A stretch of 64,000 bases of DNA from Octopus sinensis. Taxonomy: Eukaryota. The stretch's first letter is position 1. Every line of letters begins with the position of its first letter. A program made the position numbers and the translations under genes. The notes beneath the pieces are model-generated. The model had not been told where the DNA came from, searched no databases, and worked only from the letters and a program-made list of their open reading frames with translations. Location: assembly GCF_006345805.1 (NCBI RefSeq), contig NW_021833799.1, positions 1 to 64,000 of the forward strand, in the 5' to 3' direction. Shown here in pieces: positions 14,069 through 26,082 of this stretch.

Positions 14069-14413
14069 GCATACGATGACCACCACAGATCTACAATGGA
14101 AGAATTCACCACGTGTAGTTGAGGGTAAAAGAAATCGTTGAACGACAGTAAGTACGTCCAAAATTTATAAAGCAGTGACATACATACATACATAGATACT
14201 TGTAGCACACATGTATATACGTGCAGAGTGAAAATAAATCACACTATTTAATGTGACGGACTACACTGCAAAAAAATCAAAAATTTCATTTCTGTTTACA
14301 AACTTTCTCCGTGTCTATACGCACAAATACTTTTATGTATACACACGCAATATTTAAGAACAAGAATATACACATTTTCTGTCTCTACGGATGACCAGAA
14401 CCAACAGAATCGC

Positions 14414-14783
14414 ATGGTGAAATCCATAGCGGCGTGCGATAAGACTGGTCGCTGCTCTAAAATAGAACACTGCCCAGAAAATCACACCTGCCACATCTGT
14501 ACGGAACCCGAAAATACGTTCCGTAATCGCTGGGTCGAATGTGGGACATGTCTCATCTCTGTCTGCCTCCAATGTGCCACGGACTTTCAGAAGATCCCAG
14601 GCCAAAAAAAGAGCCATCATAATGCTATGATGGATAGACTCTGGAAGATGGTTCAGCTTAAATCTTGGACTTTTCAGTGTCAGGCCTGCGTGCCTCCACA
14701 ACCGACGATTGTGTCTCCCCCTGCCACTCCCGTGGAGGAGGCGGAACAGCAACAGCAGCAACAACAAAATCAACCACAACCAG

Positions 14784-14816
<33 letters not shown>

Positions 14817-15547
14817 TAGAGCAGCAGCAGCAACAACAACAAAATCAACCACAACCAGAGCAGCAGCAACAACAAAATCAACCACAACCAGAGCAACAGC
14901 AGCAACAACAACAACACCAATTGACCAGTGCGGTTCTTGCAGAACTGCAACAATCGATCTGTGCTTTAAAAGGGGAAGTAGCAGGAATAAAAGCAACCAT
15001 TCAGGTTGGACTCCACAATGAGGGGTCTTATCGGAATGCTCTGCTAAAGAACCTCCCTGTACCTGTACCTCTTGTCGCATTTAAGACCGCGGATTCTGCC
15101 ACCCATGAAGTCATTGCCATTGGGGTACCAGAAGACATGGCTGATCTTCAGGCTTTTGCTGCCAACTCAGCCAAAGACCTAGGCTGCGTTCCCCCAACGG
15201 GTGCTATCCGCCTTGGACGACCTGGCCCAAAACCTAGGCTCATCAAGTTGTCTTTTACGGACCCCACTGAGGCAACCTCTTACCATCTGGCCTCAGTTAA
15301 AGCTGGGCGGGAAAATCGGACCACCTTCCGAACACGCCCAGGCTTACCGTCCGATGTACGTCCGAAGCTACGTGTAGTGGCTTCCCTGAATAGGAACTCA
15401 GCTCTACAGGAAAGCTTCAGTCTTCGGGAAGATGGACAAATCTGGAGATTTGTCAAGACTGCTGAAACGTGGAAGAGAGATACCAGCTGGTCTGAGTGCT
15501 CTCTACCCACAATAACTAAAAAGACTACAGCAACTCAGGGAAACTAA
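14414..15547 (+). CDS. LINE ORF1p: PHD-like Cys finger, poly-Q linker, coiled coil, RRM-like C-terminus (377 aa, uninterrupted)
   Basis: CHIC...CGTC-x4-CLQC...CQAC; ELQQSICALKGEVAGIK; SYRNAL; VIAIGVPED; RLGRPGPKPRLIKLSF, all typical of CR1-type ORF1. Confidence 0.85.
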
Positions 15548-18365
15548 GCCAGAACAACCTGCCATCCTCTACACACCATCATAAACTGCGAGCAGGGTAC
15601 AAATTGTTGTCCTTAAATGCTCGCAGTTTATGCAACAAAATACATTTGTTCAACGCCTACGTCAGAAGTGTTGACCCTGACTTCATCACTGTCACGGAAA
15701 CATGGGCGCATTCCTTACTCTGTGATGGGGTTTTCAACATTACGGGGTACAACCTCTTCCGTAAGGACCGCACTACCGCCGTGGTGGTGGTGTGATGGTC
15801 TACGTTCGTTCAAATTTTTTGGTAATTCCTTGTGCCGATTTGAACGAATCACAAGAAGAAGTTTTTTTCTGTGACGTGCGTATGACCATGTCAACACTCC
15901 TGCTTGGCGTTGTTTATCGTCCCCCAAGTTACCATCGGGACACACAGCTTTGCAATGTCCTCCGAGCTGCTGCCAGGAAAACAGCCACTTATGTGTTTAT
16001 TGCAGGCAATTTCAATCATCCTGAGATCGATTGGGAGACCTTCCATTGGCCACAGAGTGCAAACGATTTTGTTGAGCTTGTGCTGGACTCAAACTGGTCA
16101 CAAGTAGTCACCTCTCCAAGAGGCGACAACACCTTGGACCTGCTCTTCACCACAACTCCTGAAGCGGTTATCAATTGCACTACGGAGGAACCTCTAGGTG
16201 ACTCTGATCATGCTATGATCATCGCCAATCTGGCTCTTGCGGGCAACAAAAACCTGAACCATCTCCAATCTGCTTCCTTCGATTGGAAGAGAGCAGATTG
16301 GAACCTGTACCACACTGAACTACAGCACCCAAACTGGCGTGAATTCTACAACTCTGGAGATGTGAATACTATACTCCAGAGTATCCTGGACTCAATATGG
16401 GCAGCATGTGCAGCATCAGTGCCACGTAAACAAAAAAGAAGAACCGCCCCAAAAGGGCAATTTGGGAAACTTCAGCGGTCCGACTTGCCAGGAGGGAACG
16501 TCGGACTGCTGAACGGGAATACAGGTTGCATAAATCAGACACCAACAGGAAGAAGCGGAATAAATCCTCCAACCATCTCAAGCAAGTGACAAAAAAAGCA
16601 GTGCTTGAATTTGAACAGTGCATAGCAGCCAATCCTGACAGCAAGGTTTTCTGGAAATATGTGCACTCAAAGCAGAGACCTCACTCTCCAGTGGGCCCTC
16701 TTCGCAACCCTCACACAAACCAGATCACTGACGACCCCAAGGAATGCGCAGAACTCATTGCCGAGTGCTATGCAAACATATTCACTGTTGAAAGTCAAAA
16801 TGTACCATCTTCACCATCACTAACAGCAAACTCCATAACAACTATGGAATTTACACCTGCAATGCTGCGACGTCACCTTCAAAATAAGCGCAACTATGCC
16901 TCCCCTGGTCTCGATGGAGTTACATACCTGCTTCTCAAACGTGGCAGGCACTTCCTTTTACACCAGCTTTCTATTTTCTTCCAGTACTGTCTCAACAATG
17001 GTGCTACTCCGGAGCAGTGGAAAACTGCCAGTGTCATTCCTCTGTTCAAAAAGGGCGACCGCACATCACCTGTCAACTATCGCCCAGTCAGTCTCACTAG
17101 CTGTATTGCAAAACTGATGGAATCGTGTGTCAGAGAAACACTCTGGAACTTCTGGAGCTCTCACAGTCTCATCCGACCCTCACAATATGGATTTGTCCCT
17201 AACTCCAGCTGCAGTGACCAGCTTGTCGAGTTCCTTGAGGACATTACTCAGATCACTGACAGTGGCTCATGGGTGGATGTTGTCTACCTTGACTTTGCTA
17301 AGGCTTTCAACTCTGTGCCACACAAAAGGCTTATGGTGAAACTCTCTGCAATGGGTGTGGGGGATGACCTTTTTAACTGGTTGAAATCCTTCATCCTCAG
17401 CCGAAAGGAGGTAGTCACAGTTCTAGGACAGCACTCTACACCATATGAGATGTCATCGGGTGTACCACAGGGATCTGTCCTTGGTCCCCTCTTGTTTGTG
17501 GCATACATTAACGACATAGATGCCAATTTAAAGAATGCCACAGTATTGAAATATGCAGACGACATCAAGCTGTACCTTGAAATCAAGAGGACAGATCCTG
17601 ATGTCTACAACTCTTTCCTGCAATCAGACCTAGACACAATGCAGCAATGGATCACAGACTGGCAACTGAAACTGGCTGTGGACAAGTGTACCACCATGCA
17701 TTTTGGGAGAAAAAACCCTGCGTTCACATACTCCCTCCACAACACTGATATCAAGAAATCCTCTTGCGAGCGTGACCTAGGCATCACTGTCAGCAGTGAT
17801 TTGCGTTGGTCAAAGCATATCTCTAAAATTGTCAGGAAGGCCGAGGGTGTCTTGGCATCACTCAGCAAGACTTTTGTTAGCCGCTCTCCAGCCATCTATT
17901 TAAAACTGTATACAGCTATGGTACGACCACACTTGGAATTCGCATCATCAGTTTGGAACCCCTATCTTGCTCAGAACATTGACCTCCTGGAATCTGTCCA
18001 GAGACGTGCAACCAAACGCATACCCTCCATCAGACACCTACCATATTCTGAGCGCCTTGTTTCCCTGGGCATGGATTCACTGAAGCTCCGGCGCTCTGGC
18101 GACGGACTTGGTAAACACCCACAAAGTTATCAACCACCTCACCAACAACAACACTGAACACCTTTTTGATCTCCATGTGTCTAACACACGTGGACATGCC
18201 TACAAAGTCAGAAAACAATACAGCTCCCATGACTTTCGGAAACATTTTTTCACGCTCAGAGTTGCTGAAGCATGGAATAAACTGCCTGCGTCAGTTGTTG
18301 ACTGCCATGACACTGCATCCTTTAAGGCCCTCATGCTTTCCGAAATCCGCCGAAACTACACCTGA
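15520..18365 (+). pseudogene. LINE ORF2p (apurinic endonuclease + reverse transcriptase), broken by three single-base indels
   Basis: APE motifs SLNARSL, VTETW, VYRPP, GNFN, SDHAMI; RT motifs YRPVSLT, YLDFAKAF, GVPQGSVLGPLLF, YADD. Frame changes near 15773 (-1 nt), 16435 (-1 nt) and 18093 (+1 nt). Confidence 0.92.
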
Positions 18366-18438
18366 TTATATATACACTTTAGATGAGTTGTAGTGCACCT
18401 GAGCACTGTACACAATTATTATTATTATTATTATTATA

Positions 18439-18620
18439 CAAACATACATACAAACAAACAAACATACATACATACACACATACATACACACATACATACA
18501 TACATACACACATACATACATTCATACACACACACATACATACATACATACATAAATACATACATACATACATACATACATACATACATACATACATACA
18601 TACATACATACATACACACA
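18439..18620. repeat. (TACA)n microsatellite, right flank of LINE
   Basis: Direct inspection. Confidence 0.95.
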
Positions 18621-19184
18621 CATTGTCATGGTGTTAATGTCCACTTTATCCAAAGTTCAAACAGCGCCTCCGCCGCCAACCCCACCACGACCACCACCAC
18701 CACAGTCGCCTCTCTGCCAGCAGGGAACCAGTTCAAACCAGTTGAGAACAAGGAATGCTGGAATGTCTCTCTCTCTCTCCTCTCTTTTGTTTTGTTTTGT
18801 TTTGTTATCTCTTTAAAACCTGTTTTTTTTTATTGTTTCTTTGTGTTTTTGTTACTGTTAGTTGTTGTTTTCCACACTGACGATGGTGGCGGCGGCGGTG
18901 GTGCCGTGGTGGTGGTGGTGGTGGTGGTGGTGGTGGTGGTGGCGGTGGCAGTGGCGGTGGTGGTGGTGGTGTGGTGGTAGTGGTGGTAGTGGGGTGGTGG
19001 TGTGGTGGTGTGGTGGTGGTGGTGGTGGTGGTGTGGGTGGTGGGGCGTGGTGGTCTTGGTGTGGGAGTGAGGATAGAGTATTTAAGTTAAGGGAGGAAGG
19101 GGGAGAATAATGAGGCTAGCATCACGTGATGTGACGGGGTGGGGGGGAGTTGTTGCTGTTGTTGTTGTTGGTGGTGGTGTTTAG

Positions 19185-19910
19185 CCCTAGGTCAGTCCAG
19201 ATCTAGACATCAAGACCTATGATTGAGGATGTTCCAGCTGTGACCAACTCATCTTTTATTCAGGCATAGTGTATCTAGGACTACATTATCCAATGTATAG
19301 TAGTTTCTATTAGAGGCTATAGTTGTTGTTGTTGTTTAGCCCCAGGTCAATCCTGTTCCAGACAGACCCATGATCAGAGATGTTCCAGCTGTGACCAACT
19401 CATCTTTTATTCAGGCATAGTGTATCTAGGACTACATTATCCAATGTATAGTAGTTTCTATTAGAGGCTATAGTTGTTGTTGTTGTTTAGCCCCAGGTCA
19501 ATCCTCATCCAGACAGACCCATGATCAGAGATGTTCCAGCTGTGACCAACTCATCTTTTATTCAGGCATAGTGTATCTAGGACTACATTATCCAATGTAT
19601 AGTAGTTTCTATTAGAGGCTATAGTTGTTGTTGTTGTTTAGCCCCAGGTCAATCCTCATCCAGACAGACCCATGATCAGAGATGTTCCAGCTGTGACCAA
19701 CTCATCTTTTATTCAGGCATAGTGTATCTAGGACTACATTATCCAATGTATAGTAGTTTCTATTAGAGGCTATAGTTGTTGTTGTTGTTTAGCCCCAGGT
19801 CAATCCTGATCCAGACAGACCCATGATCAGAGATGTTCCAGCTGTGACCATCCCATCTTACCTTCAGGCATAGTGTATCTAGGGCTACATTATCTAATGT
19901 ATCATATAAT
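19185..19910 (-). repeat. 151-bp tandem repeat, about 5 units, inverted relative of 8278-9035
   Basis: GTTCCAGCTGTGACC at 19231, 19382, 19533, 19684, 19835. Confidence 0.9.
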
Positions 19911-20104
19911 AGCTAGTATTCAACAGAATCACGCTGTTTCTGTCCACAAAGCAAGACAATAAAACAAAGCCGTTGGATAAAGGATTACATTTGTTCCAGT
20001 AAATATTTCTGGATTTATATAGTTTCTGGTTATGTATTTGTTGTATGCATTTGCGTGTATGTGTGCGCAAGTGTGTATTTCTGTATGTGTGTGTGTATAT
20101 TGTT

Positions 20105-21005
20105 TTACTCTTTTACTTGTTTCCGTGCCAAACTGTGGAGTTACAGGGACATAAACACACCAACATCGGTTGTCATCAGTTGTAGCTTGCTTACGAACCA
20201 CATGGTTCCAGGTTCAGTCCCACTGTGGGGCACCATGGGCAAGTTTGTTTTACTATAGCCTCGGGCCAACCAAAGCCTTATGAGTGGATTTGGTAGACGG
20301 AAACTGAAAGAAGCCCATCGTATATATATATATATAGGTGCAGGAGTGGCTGTGTGGTAAGTAGCTTGCTTACGAACCACATGGTTCCAGGTTCAGTCCC
20401 ACTGTGGGGCACCATGGGCAAGTTTGTTTTACTATAGCCTCGGGCCGACCAAAGCCTTGTGAGTGGATTTGGTAGACGGAAACTGAAAGAAGCCTGTCAT
20501 ATATATGTATATATGTGTGTTTGTGTGTCTGGGTTTGTTCCCCCCCAATACTGCTTGACAACCGATGCTGGTGTGCTTACATCCCTGTCACTCAGCAGTT
20601 CGGAAAAAGAAACTGATAGAATAAGTACTAGGCTTACAAAAGAATAAGTCCTGGGGTTGATTTGCTTGACTAAAGGCGGTGCTCCAGCATGGCTACAGTC
20701 AAATGACTGAAACAAGTAAAAAGAGTAAACTTAGCATTTCAGCAAAGAGAACCGATAGAATAAGTACTGGCTTACAAAGAATAAGTCCCGGGGTCAAGTT
20801 GCTGCTCGACTAAAGGCGGTGCTCCGCATGGCTACAGTCAAATGACTGAAACAAGTAAAAGATAAACTTAGCGGTTCGGCAAAAGAGACCGATAGAATAA
20901 GTACTGGGCTTCCTAAGAATAAGTCCTGGGGTCGAGTTGCTCGACTAAAGGCGGTGCTCCAGCATGGCCGCAGTCAAATGACTGAAACAAGTAAAAGAGT
21001 AAAAG
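20105..21005 (+). mobile_element. SINE family A cluster: duplicated head, one full copy, two extra tandem tails
   Basis: Head twice (about 20180 and 20337); tail ends at about 20730, 20860 and 21000. Confidence 0.8.
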
Positions 21006-21333
21006 AATTAAAGAATTTCAGTTATGATAAATTAATTATTATTATTAATGACACTGAAAATATCAAAAATGATGCTAATTAATTTAATTTTTTTTATAAA
21101 AATCAATGAGTATTGAACATGTTTTCTTTTTCTGTAACTGTATACCTACTTTTGTTCCCTCCTGTATAGAGGACAAGCTTCTTTCAGTTTCCATCAACCC
21201 AATCCACTCACAAGGCTTTGGTTAGCCTGAGACTATTGTAGAAGACACTTGCCCAAGGTGCCATGCAGTGGGATTGAACCCAGAACCATGTGTTTGGGAA
21301 GCAAGCTTCTAACCACACAGCCACGCCTGCACC

Positions 21334-21399
<66 letters not shown>

Positions 21400-21469
21400 T
21401 GTGTTGTGTGTGTGTATGTATATATGTATATAGCACCAACCAATCAGGGCTGCTGCCAGCCTCCACTGG

Positions 21470-21660
21470 CACCAGTGGAGGTGGCACGTAAAAAGCACCC
21501 ACTACACTCACGAAGTGGTTGGCATTAGGAAGGGCATCCAGCTGTAGTAACACTGCCAGATCAGACTGGAGCCTGGTGCAGCCTCCTGGCTTCCCAGACC
21601 CTGGTCGAACCGTCCAACCCATGCTAGCATGGAAAACGGACACTAAACGATGATGATGAT
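21470..21660 (+). mobile_element. Family E 3' fragment
   Basis: TTGGCATTAGGAAGGGCATCCAGCTG...GGAAAACGGACACTAAACGATGATGATGAT. Confidence 0.75.
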
Positions 21661-21694
21661 ATATATGTATGTATATATATATATATATATATAT

Positions 21695-22200
21695 ACTAGC
21701 AGTATCGCCCGGCGTTGCTCGGTTTTGTAAGGGAAATAACTATATAAGCATTTTTAGAGTTACTTCCCTTATAGATGCCAATTCGGGCTTTCTTAGCCAT
21801 TTTTGTTTTTGGTGTCTTCAAGCCATGAAGTCGTTGTTCTAAAAGAACGCTGGTCTCCTTGACAACGCTTTACGACGTTGATTTCCTTACACTCCCTTCC
21901 CCCCACAGCTTCACGAGGAGGGAAGGGGGAGAACAAACAGGTGCAGGTGTGACCATGGACGCCAACTCCGCCGCCATCGACACACGATGCATTTTATGCA
22001 TAAAATGGAATAAAATGATGTTAAATTATTTTAAAATCGTAGACTCATCGTAGACGCGCGCTAATAGCCAGACGGGCTCGATATGATACGACTATAAGAT
22101 ACCAGATACCCGAATTTGGTTAAACTGCCCGCAAAATGGGGAGTAGTTAGAATCTAATCGAAGGGGACAGACACTCACACACTACAGTTTTAATATATAA
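21695..22200 (+). mobile_element. Non-autonomous Helitron-like (Lep1/HINE-type architecture) element
   Basis: Starts ACTAGC..CCCGGCGTTGCTCGG (5' hairpin) inside (TA)n and ends GACAGACAC...TTTTAATATATA; assignment by architecture only. Confidence 0.55.
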
Positions 22201-22955
22201 TATATATATATAGATATATAGAATTCACAAAAAAAACAAAAGACAAAGGCAGGTGGTGTATAAAACAAACGGATGTATTAGTATGACGTTCGGGAACTGA
22301 AAAAGTTCTTAGCGTTTCAAGCCTACGCTCTTCTACAGAAAGAAACAAAGAGAGAAAAACACGTGTGTAGTGGCTACCAATCTATCATGGTGAATGCCGG
22401 ACAGAAGGGTCACACAGAATATAAATATATACACATATATATATATATATACGTGAGTGGACTTGGTATACGGAAACAGAATGAAGCCCATCATGTGTGT
22501 GTGTGGGTCTTTTGTGTCTGTCTTTGCCACCCACACCATTGCTTGACAATCGATGTTGGTGTGTTTACATCCCTATTAGCTAGTGCTTCAGCTAATGGTG
22601 GTAGAAGTGATAGATTAAGTGCTAGGCTTACAAAAAAATAAGTCCCAGCGTTGATTTCTTTGACATAAAAGGTAGTGCTCCAGAATGGCCACATTCAAGC
22701 ACTTGAAAAAAATTAAAACGATAAAAGAAGAATATGTATGTATGGCCTAGTGGTCTGGATGGTTCTTTGTGCTCTTGAGGGAAACACTTCATCTCATGTT
22801 GCTGTGTAATCACTTTGTCACTTGACCCGAGGTAGACTTGTGCAGCTGCTCAGGAAATGTCGATTTGATGGCGGAAGTAAGTTTATGTGCAGCAAATACT
22901 TTTGATCTCAATAGACAAATCATTTGTACAGGTCATACGTCACCTTCAATGCGTG

Positions 22956-23570
22956 TGGAGGCGCAATGGCCCAGTGGTTAGGGCAGCGGACTCGCGGTCA
23001 TAGAATCACGGTGTCGATTCCCAGACTGGGCGTTGTGAGTGTTTATTGAGCGAAAAAACCTAAAAGCTACACGAGGCTCTGGCAGGGGATGGTGGTGATC
23101 CCCGCTGTACTCTTTCGCCACAACTTTCTCTTACTCTCTCTTCCTTATACTTGAGTAGTGCTGCGATGGACCGGCGTGCCGTCCAGCTGGGGGGAACACA
23201 TGTTCCACAGAAACCGGGAAACCGGGCCCATGAGCCTGGCTAGGCTTTAAAAGGGTGCATTTGTTTGTGGAGGCGCAATGGCCCAGTGGTTAGGTCAGCG
23301 GACTCGCGGTCGTAGGATCGCAGTTTCGATTCCCAGACCAGGCGTTGTGAGTGTTTATTGAGCGAAAAAACCTAAAAGCTCCACGAGGCTCCGGCAGTGG
23401 CTGGTGGCGACCCCTGCTGTACTCTTTTGCCACAACTTTCTCTCACTCTCTCTTCCTTATACTTGAGTAGTGCTGCGATGGACTGGCATGCCGTCCAGCT
23501 GGGGGGAACACATGCGCCACAGAAACCGGGAAACCGGGCCCATTAGCCTGGCTAGGCTTGAAAAGGGCGA
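22956..23570 (+). mobile_element. Two tandem family C-head SINEs with an alternative 3' body
   Basis: 310-bp direct duplication starting TGTGGAGGCGCAATGG at 22955 and 23267. Confidence 0.8.
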
Positions 23571-23695
23571 TGTAATTGTAACAGCAATGACTAGTGTCCG
23601 AGACACTTAGAAACACTTCCTGTTTCTGTTGTACCAGCATTTCCAAGGGACCAGCCTTGTCACACTCTGCATCACGCTGAATCTCCCCGAGAACT

Positions 23696-25262
23696 ATCTT
23701 AAGCATACACATGTCTGTGGAATACTCAACCACTTGCACATTAATTTCACGAGCAGGCTGTTCCAATGATCGGATCAGCTGGGACCCTCATGGTTGTAAC
23801 CAATAAGGAACCAGAGTAGGCCCTTAGAACCACGTTAAGGTATGCTTGTCTGTGGAGTACTCAGCCACTTGCTTGTTAATTTCATGAGCAAGCTGTTCCG
23901 TTAATCGGATCACCTGGAACCCTCATGGTTGTAACCAATAGGGAGCCAGAGTAGGCCCTTAGAACCACGTTAAGGTATGCTTGTCTGTGGAGTACTCAGC
24001 CACTAGCACATTAATTTCATGAGCAAGCTGTTCTGTTGATCGTATCAGCTGGGACCCTCATGGTTGTAACCAATAGGGAGCCAGAGTAGGCCCTTAGAAC
24101 CACGTTAAGGTATGCTTGTCTGTGGAGTACTCAGCCACTTGCAAGTTAATTTTACGAGCAAGCTGTTCCGTTGATTGGATCAGCTGGGACCCTCATGGTT
24201 GTAACCAATAGGGAGCCAGAGTAGGCCCTTAGAACCACGTTAAGGTATGCTTGTCTGTGGAGTACTCAGCCACTTGCACGTTAATTTCACGAGCAAGCTG
24301 TTCTGTTGATCGGATCACCTGGAACCCTCATGGTTGTAACCAATAGGGAGCCAGAGTAGGCCCTTAGAACCACGTTAAGGTATGCTTGTCTGTGGAGTAC
24401 TCAGCCACTTGCAAGTTAATTTCACGAGCAAGCTGTTCCATTGATCGGATCACCTGGAACCCTTATGGTTGTAACCAATAGGGAGCCAGAGTAGGCCCTT
24501 AGAACCACGTTAAGGTATGCTTGTCTGTGGAGTACTCAGCCACTAGCACATTAATTTCATGAGCAAGCTGTTCTGTTGATCGTATCAGCTGGGACCCTCA
24601 TGGTTGTAACCAATAGGGAGCCAGAGTAGGCCCTTAGAACCATGTTAAGGTATGCTTGTCTGTGGAGTACTCAGCCACTAGCACATTAATTTCATGAGCA
24701 AGCTGTTCTGTTGATCGTATCAGCTGGGACCCTCATGGTTGTAACCAATAGGGAGCCAGAGTAGGCCCTTAGAACCACGTTAAGGTATGCTTGTCTGTAG
24801 AGTACTCAGCCACTAGCACATTAATTTCATGAGCAAGCTGTTCTGTTGATCGTATCAGCTGGGACCCTCATGGTTGTAACCAATAGGGAGCCAGAGTAGG
24901 CCCTTAGAACCACGTTAAGGTATGCTTGTCTTTGGAGTACTCAGCCACTTGCAAGTTAATTTTACGAGCAAGCTGTTCCGTTGATTGGATCAGCTGGGAC
25001 CCTCATGGGTGTAACCAATAGGGAGCCAGAGTAGGCCCTTAGAACCACGTTAAGGTATGCTTGTCTGTGGAGTACTCAGCCACTTGCATGTTAATTTCAT
25101 GAGCAAGCTGTTCCGTTGATCGGAGCAGCTGGGACCCTCATGGTTGTAACCAATAGGGAGCCAGAGTAGGCCCTTAGAACCACGTTAAGGTATGTTTGTC
25201 TGTGGAGTACTCAGCCACTTGCACGTTCATTTCATGGGCAAGCTGTTCCGTCGATCAGATCC
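23696..25262 (+). repeat. 135-bp minisatellite, about 11.6 units, derived from the SINE C 3' end
   Basis: CACGTTAAGG recurs every 135 bp from 23831 to 25181; the unit matches the SINE C tail GTCTGTGGAGTGCTCAGCCACTTACACGTTAATTTCACGAGC. Confidence 0.92.
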
Positions 25263-25324
25263 ACAGGAACAAGGTCAACCCTGTTGGGATTTGAACTCAG
25301 AGCGTAATGATGCCCAGCATGCTA

Positions 25325-25575
25325 ACAATACAAAGTTCGCTCTTTACAAATCATGTCTTACCATCCCTGTTGTATTCTTCTCGAACGTGGACATGTTATG
25401 AAAGACATTTCAAATTGTTGGAGCAATTCCACCGAAGAGGCCTTCATCGCATTTTAAACTTTAAATGGAGTTCTTTTACTCCAAACACAGATGTTCTTAC
25501 ATCTGCAGGCACCACCTCAATTAAAGCTATGATTTTGAGAATTCAAATGCGATGGTGTGGCCATATTGTTCAAAT
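25325..25575 (+). pseudogene. RTE(BovB-like) LINE ORF fragment
   Basis: TKFALYKSC(V)LPSLLYSSRTWTCYERHFKLLEQFHRRGLHRILNFKW...QMRWCGHIV, the RTE post-RT signature. Confidence 0.8.
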
Positions 25576-25599
25576 ATATATATATGTGTGTGTGTGTGA

Positions 25600-25645
<46 letters not shown>

Positions 25646-25650
<5 letters not shown>

Positions 25651-25830
25651 TAATCCAACAAGAAAACAAAAAGACAACAACGCAAGGACGTGGAACAAAT
25701 AAAGTATTATTGGACGCTCAGGAAAGAAGGGAAGAAGGAGGGTTTGACGTTTCAAGCGGAGCTCTTCGTCGGAAACATAGGAGAAAGAAAGATTCCGAGG
25801 TGGGAGGACAGAGGGAAAAAAATGCAAGTT
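25646..25830 (-). mobile_element. Penelope-like terminal remnant, second copy
   Basis: High identity to 12742-12930; hammerhead-like core with a GUC triplet. Confidence 0.55.
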
Positions 25831-25842
25831 GTGTATTCTATC

Positions 25843-25883
<41 letters not shown>

Positions 25884-26082
25884 TATATATTATATATATA
25901 TATAAGTACAAAGTGAGATAGGGGTTATGAGTGTAACCCACTATGGGTTATCATTTATCCAATATACTGCCAGTAAAGTACCCAAAAGGCTAATATATAA
26001 ATGCTTACAATTGCAATGCAATTAGTTCATTTATTGTATTATATGGGCGATGGTAAAATATTTTGCCTCAAATTCATAATAC

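Larger units (their letters stand above)
14070..18438 (+). mobile_element. Near full-length CR1/L2-group LINE (5'UTR, ORF1, APE-RT ORF2, 3' stem-loop, (ATT)n tail)
   Basis: ORF1 and ORF2 as below; short 3'UTR ending GTGCACCTGAGCACTGTACACA(ATT)n; embedded in a (TACA)n tract. The 5' boundary is approximate. Confidence 0.92.

Noticed and set aside
12953-14208. HTYI/MYVC-repeat ORFs (also 40100-42340, 62300-63220)
   Set aside because: (TACA)n and (TA)n translations.
22956-23030. tRNA-Arg-like sequence (and other tRNA-like heads)
   Set aside because: No complete cloverleaf or acceptor stem; each is fused to a SINE body, so these are not tRNA genes.
23696-25262. CRISPR-like regularity of the tandem arrays
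   Set aside because: Units are fully repeated with no unique spacers, there are no cas genes, and the context is eukaryotic.
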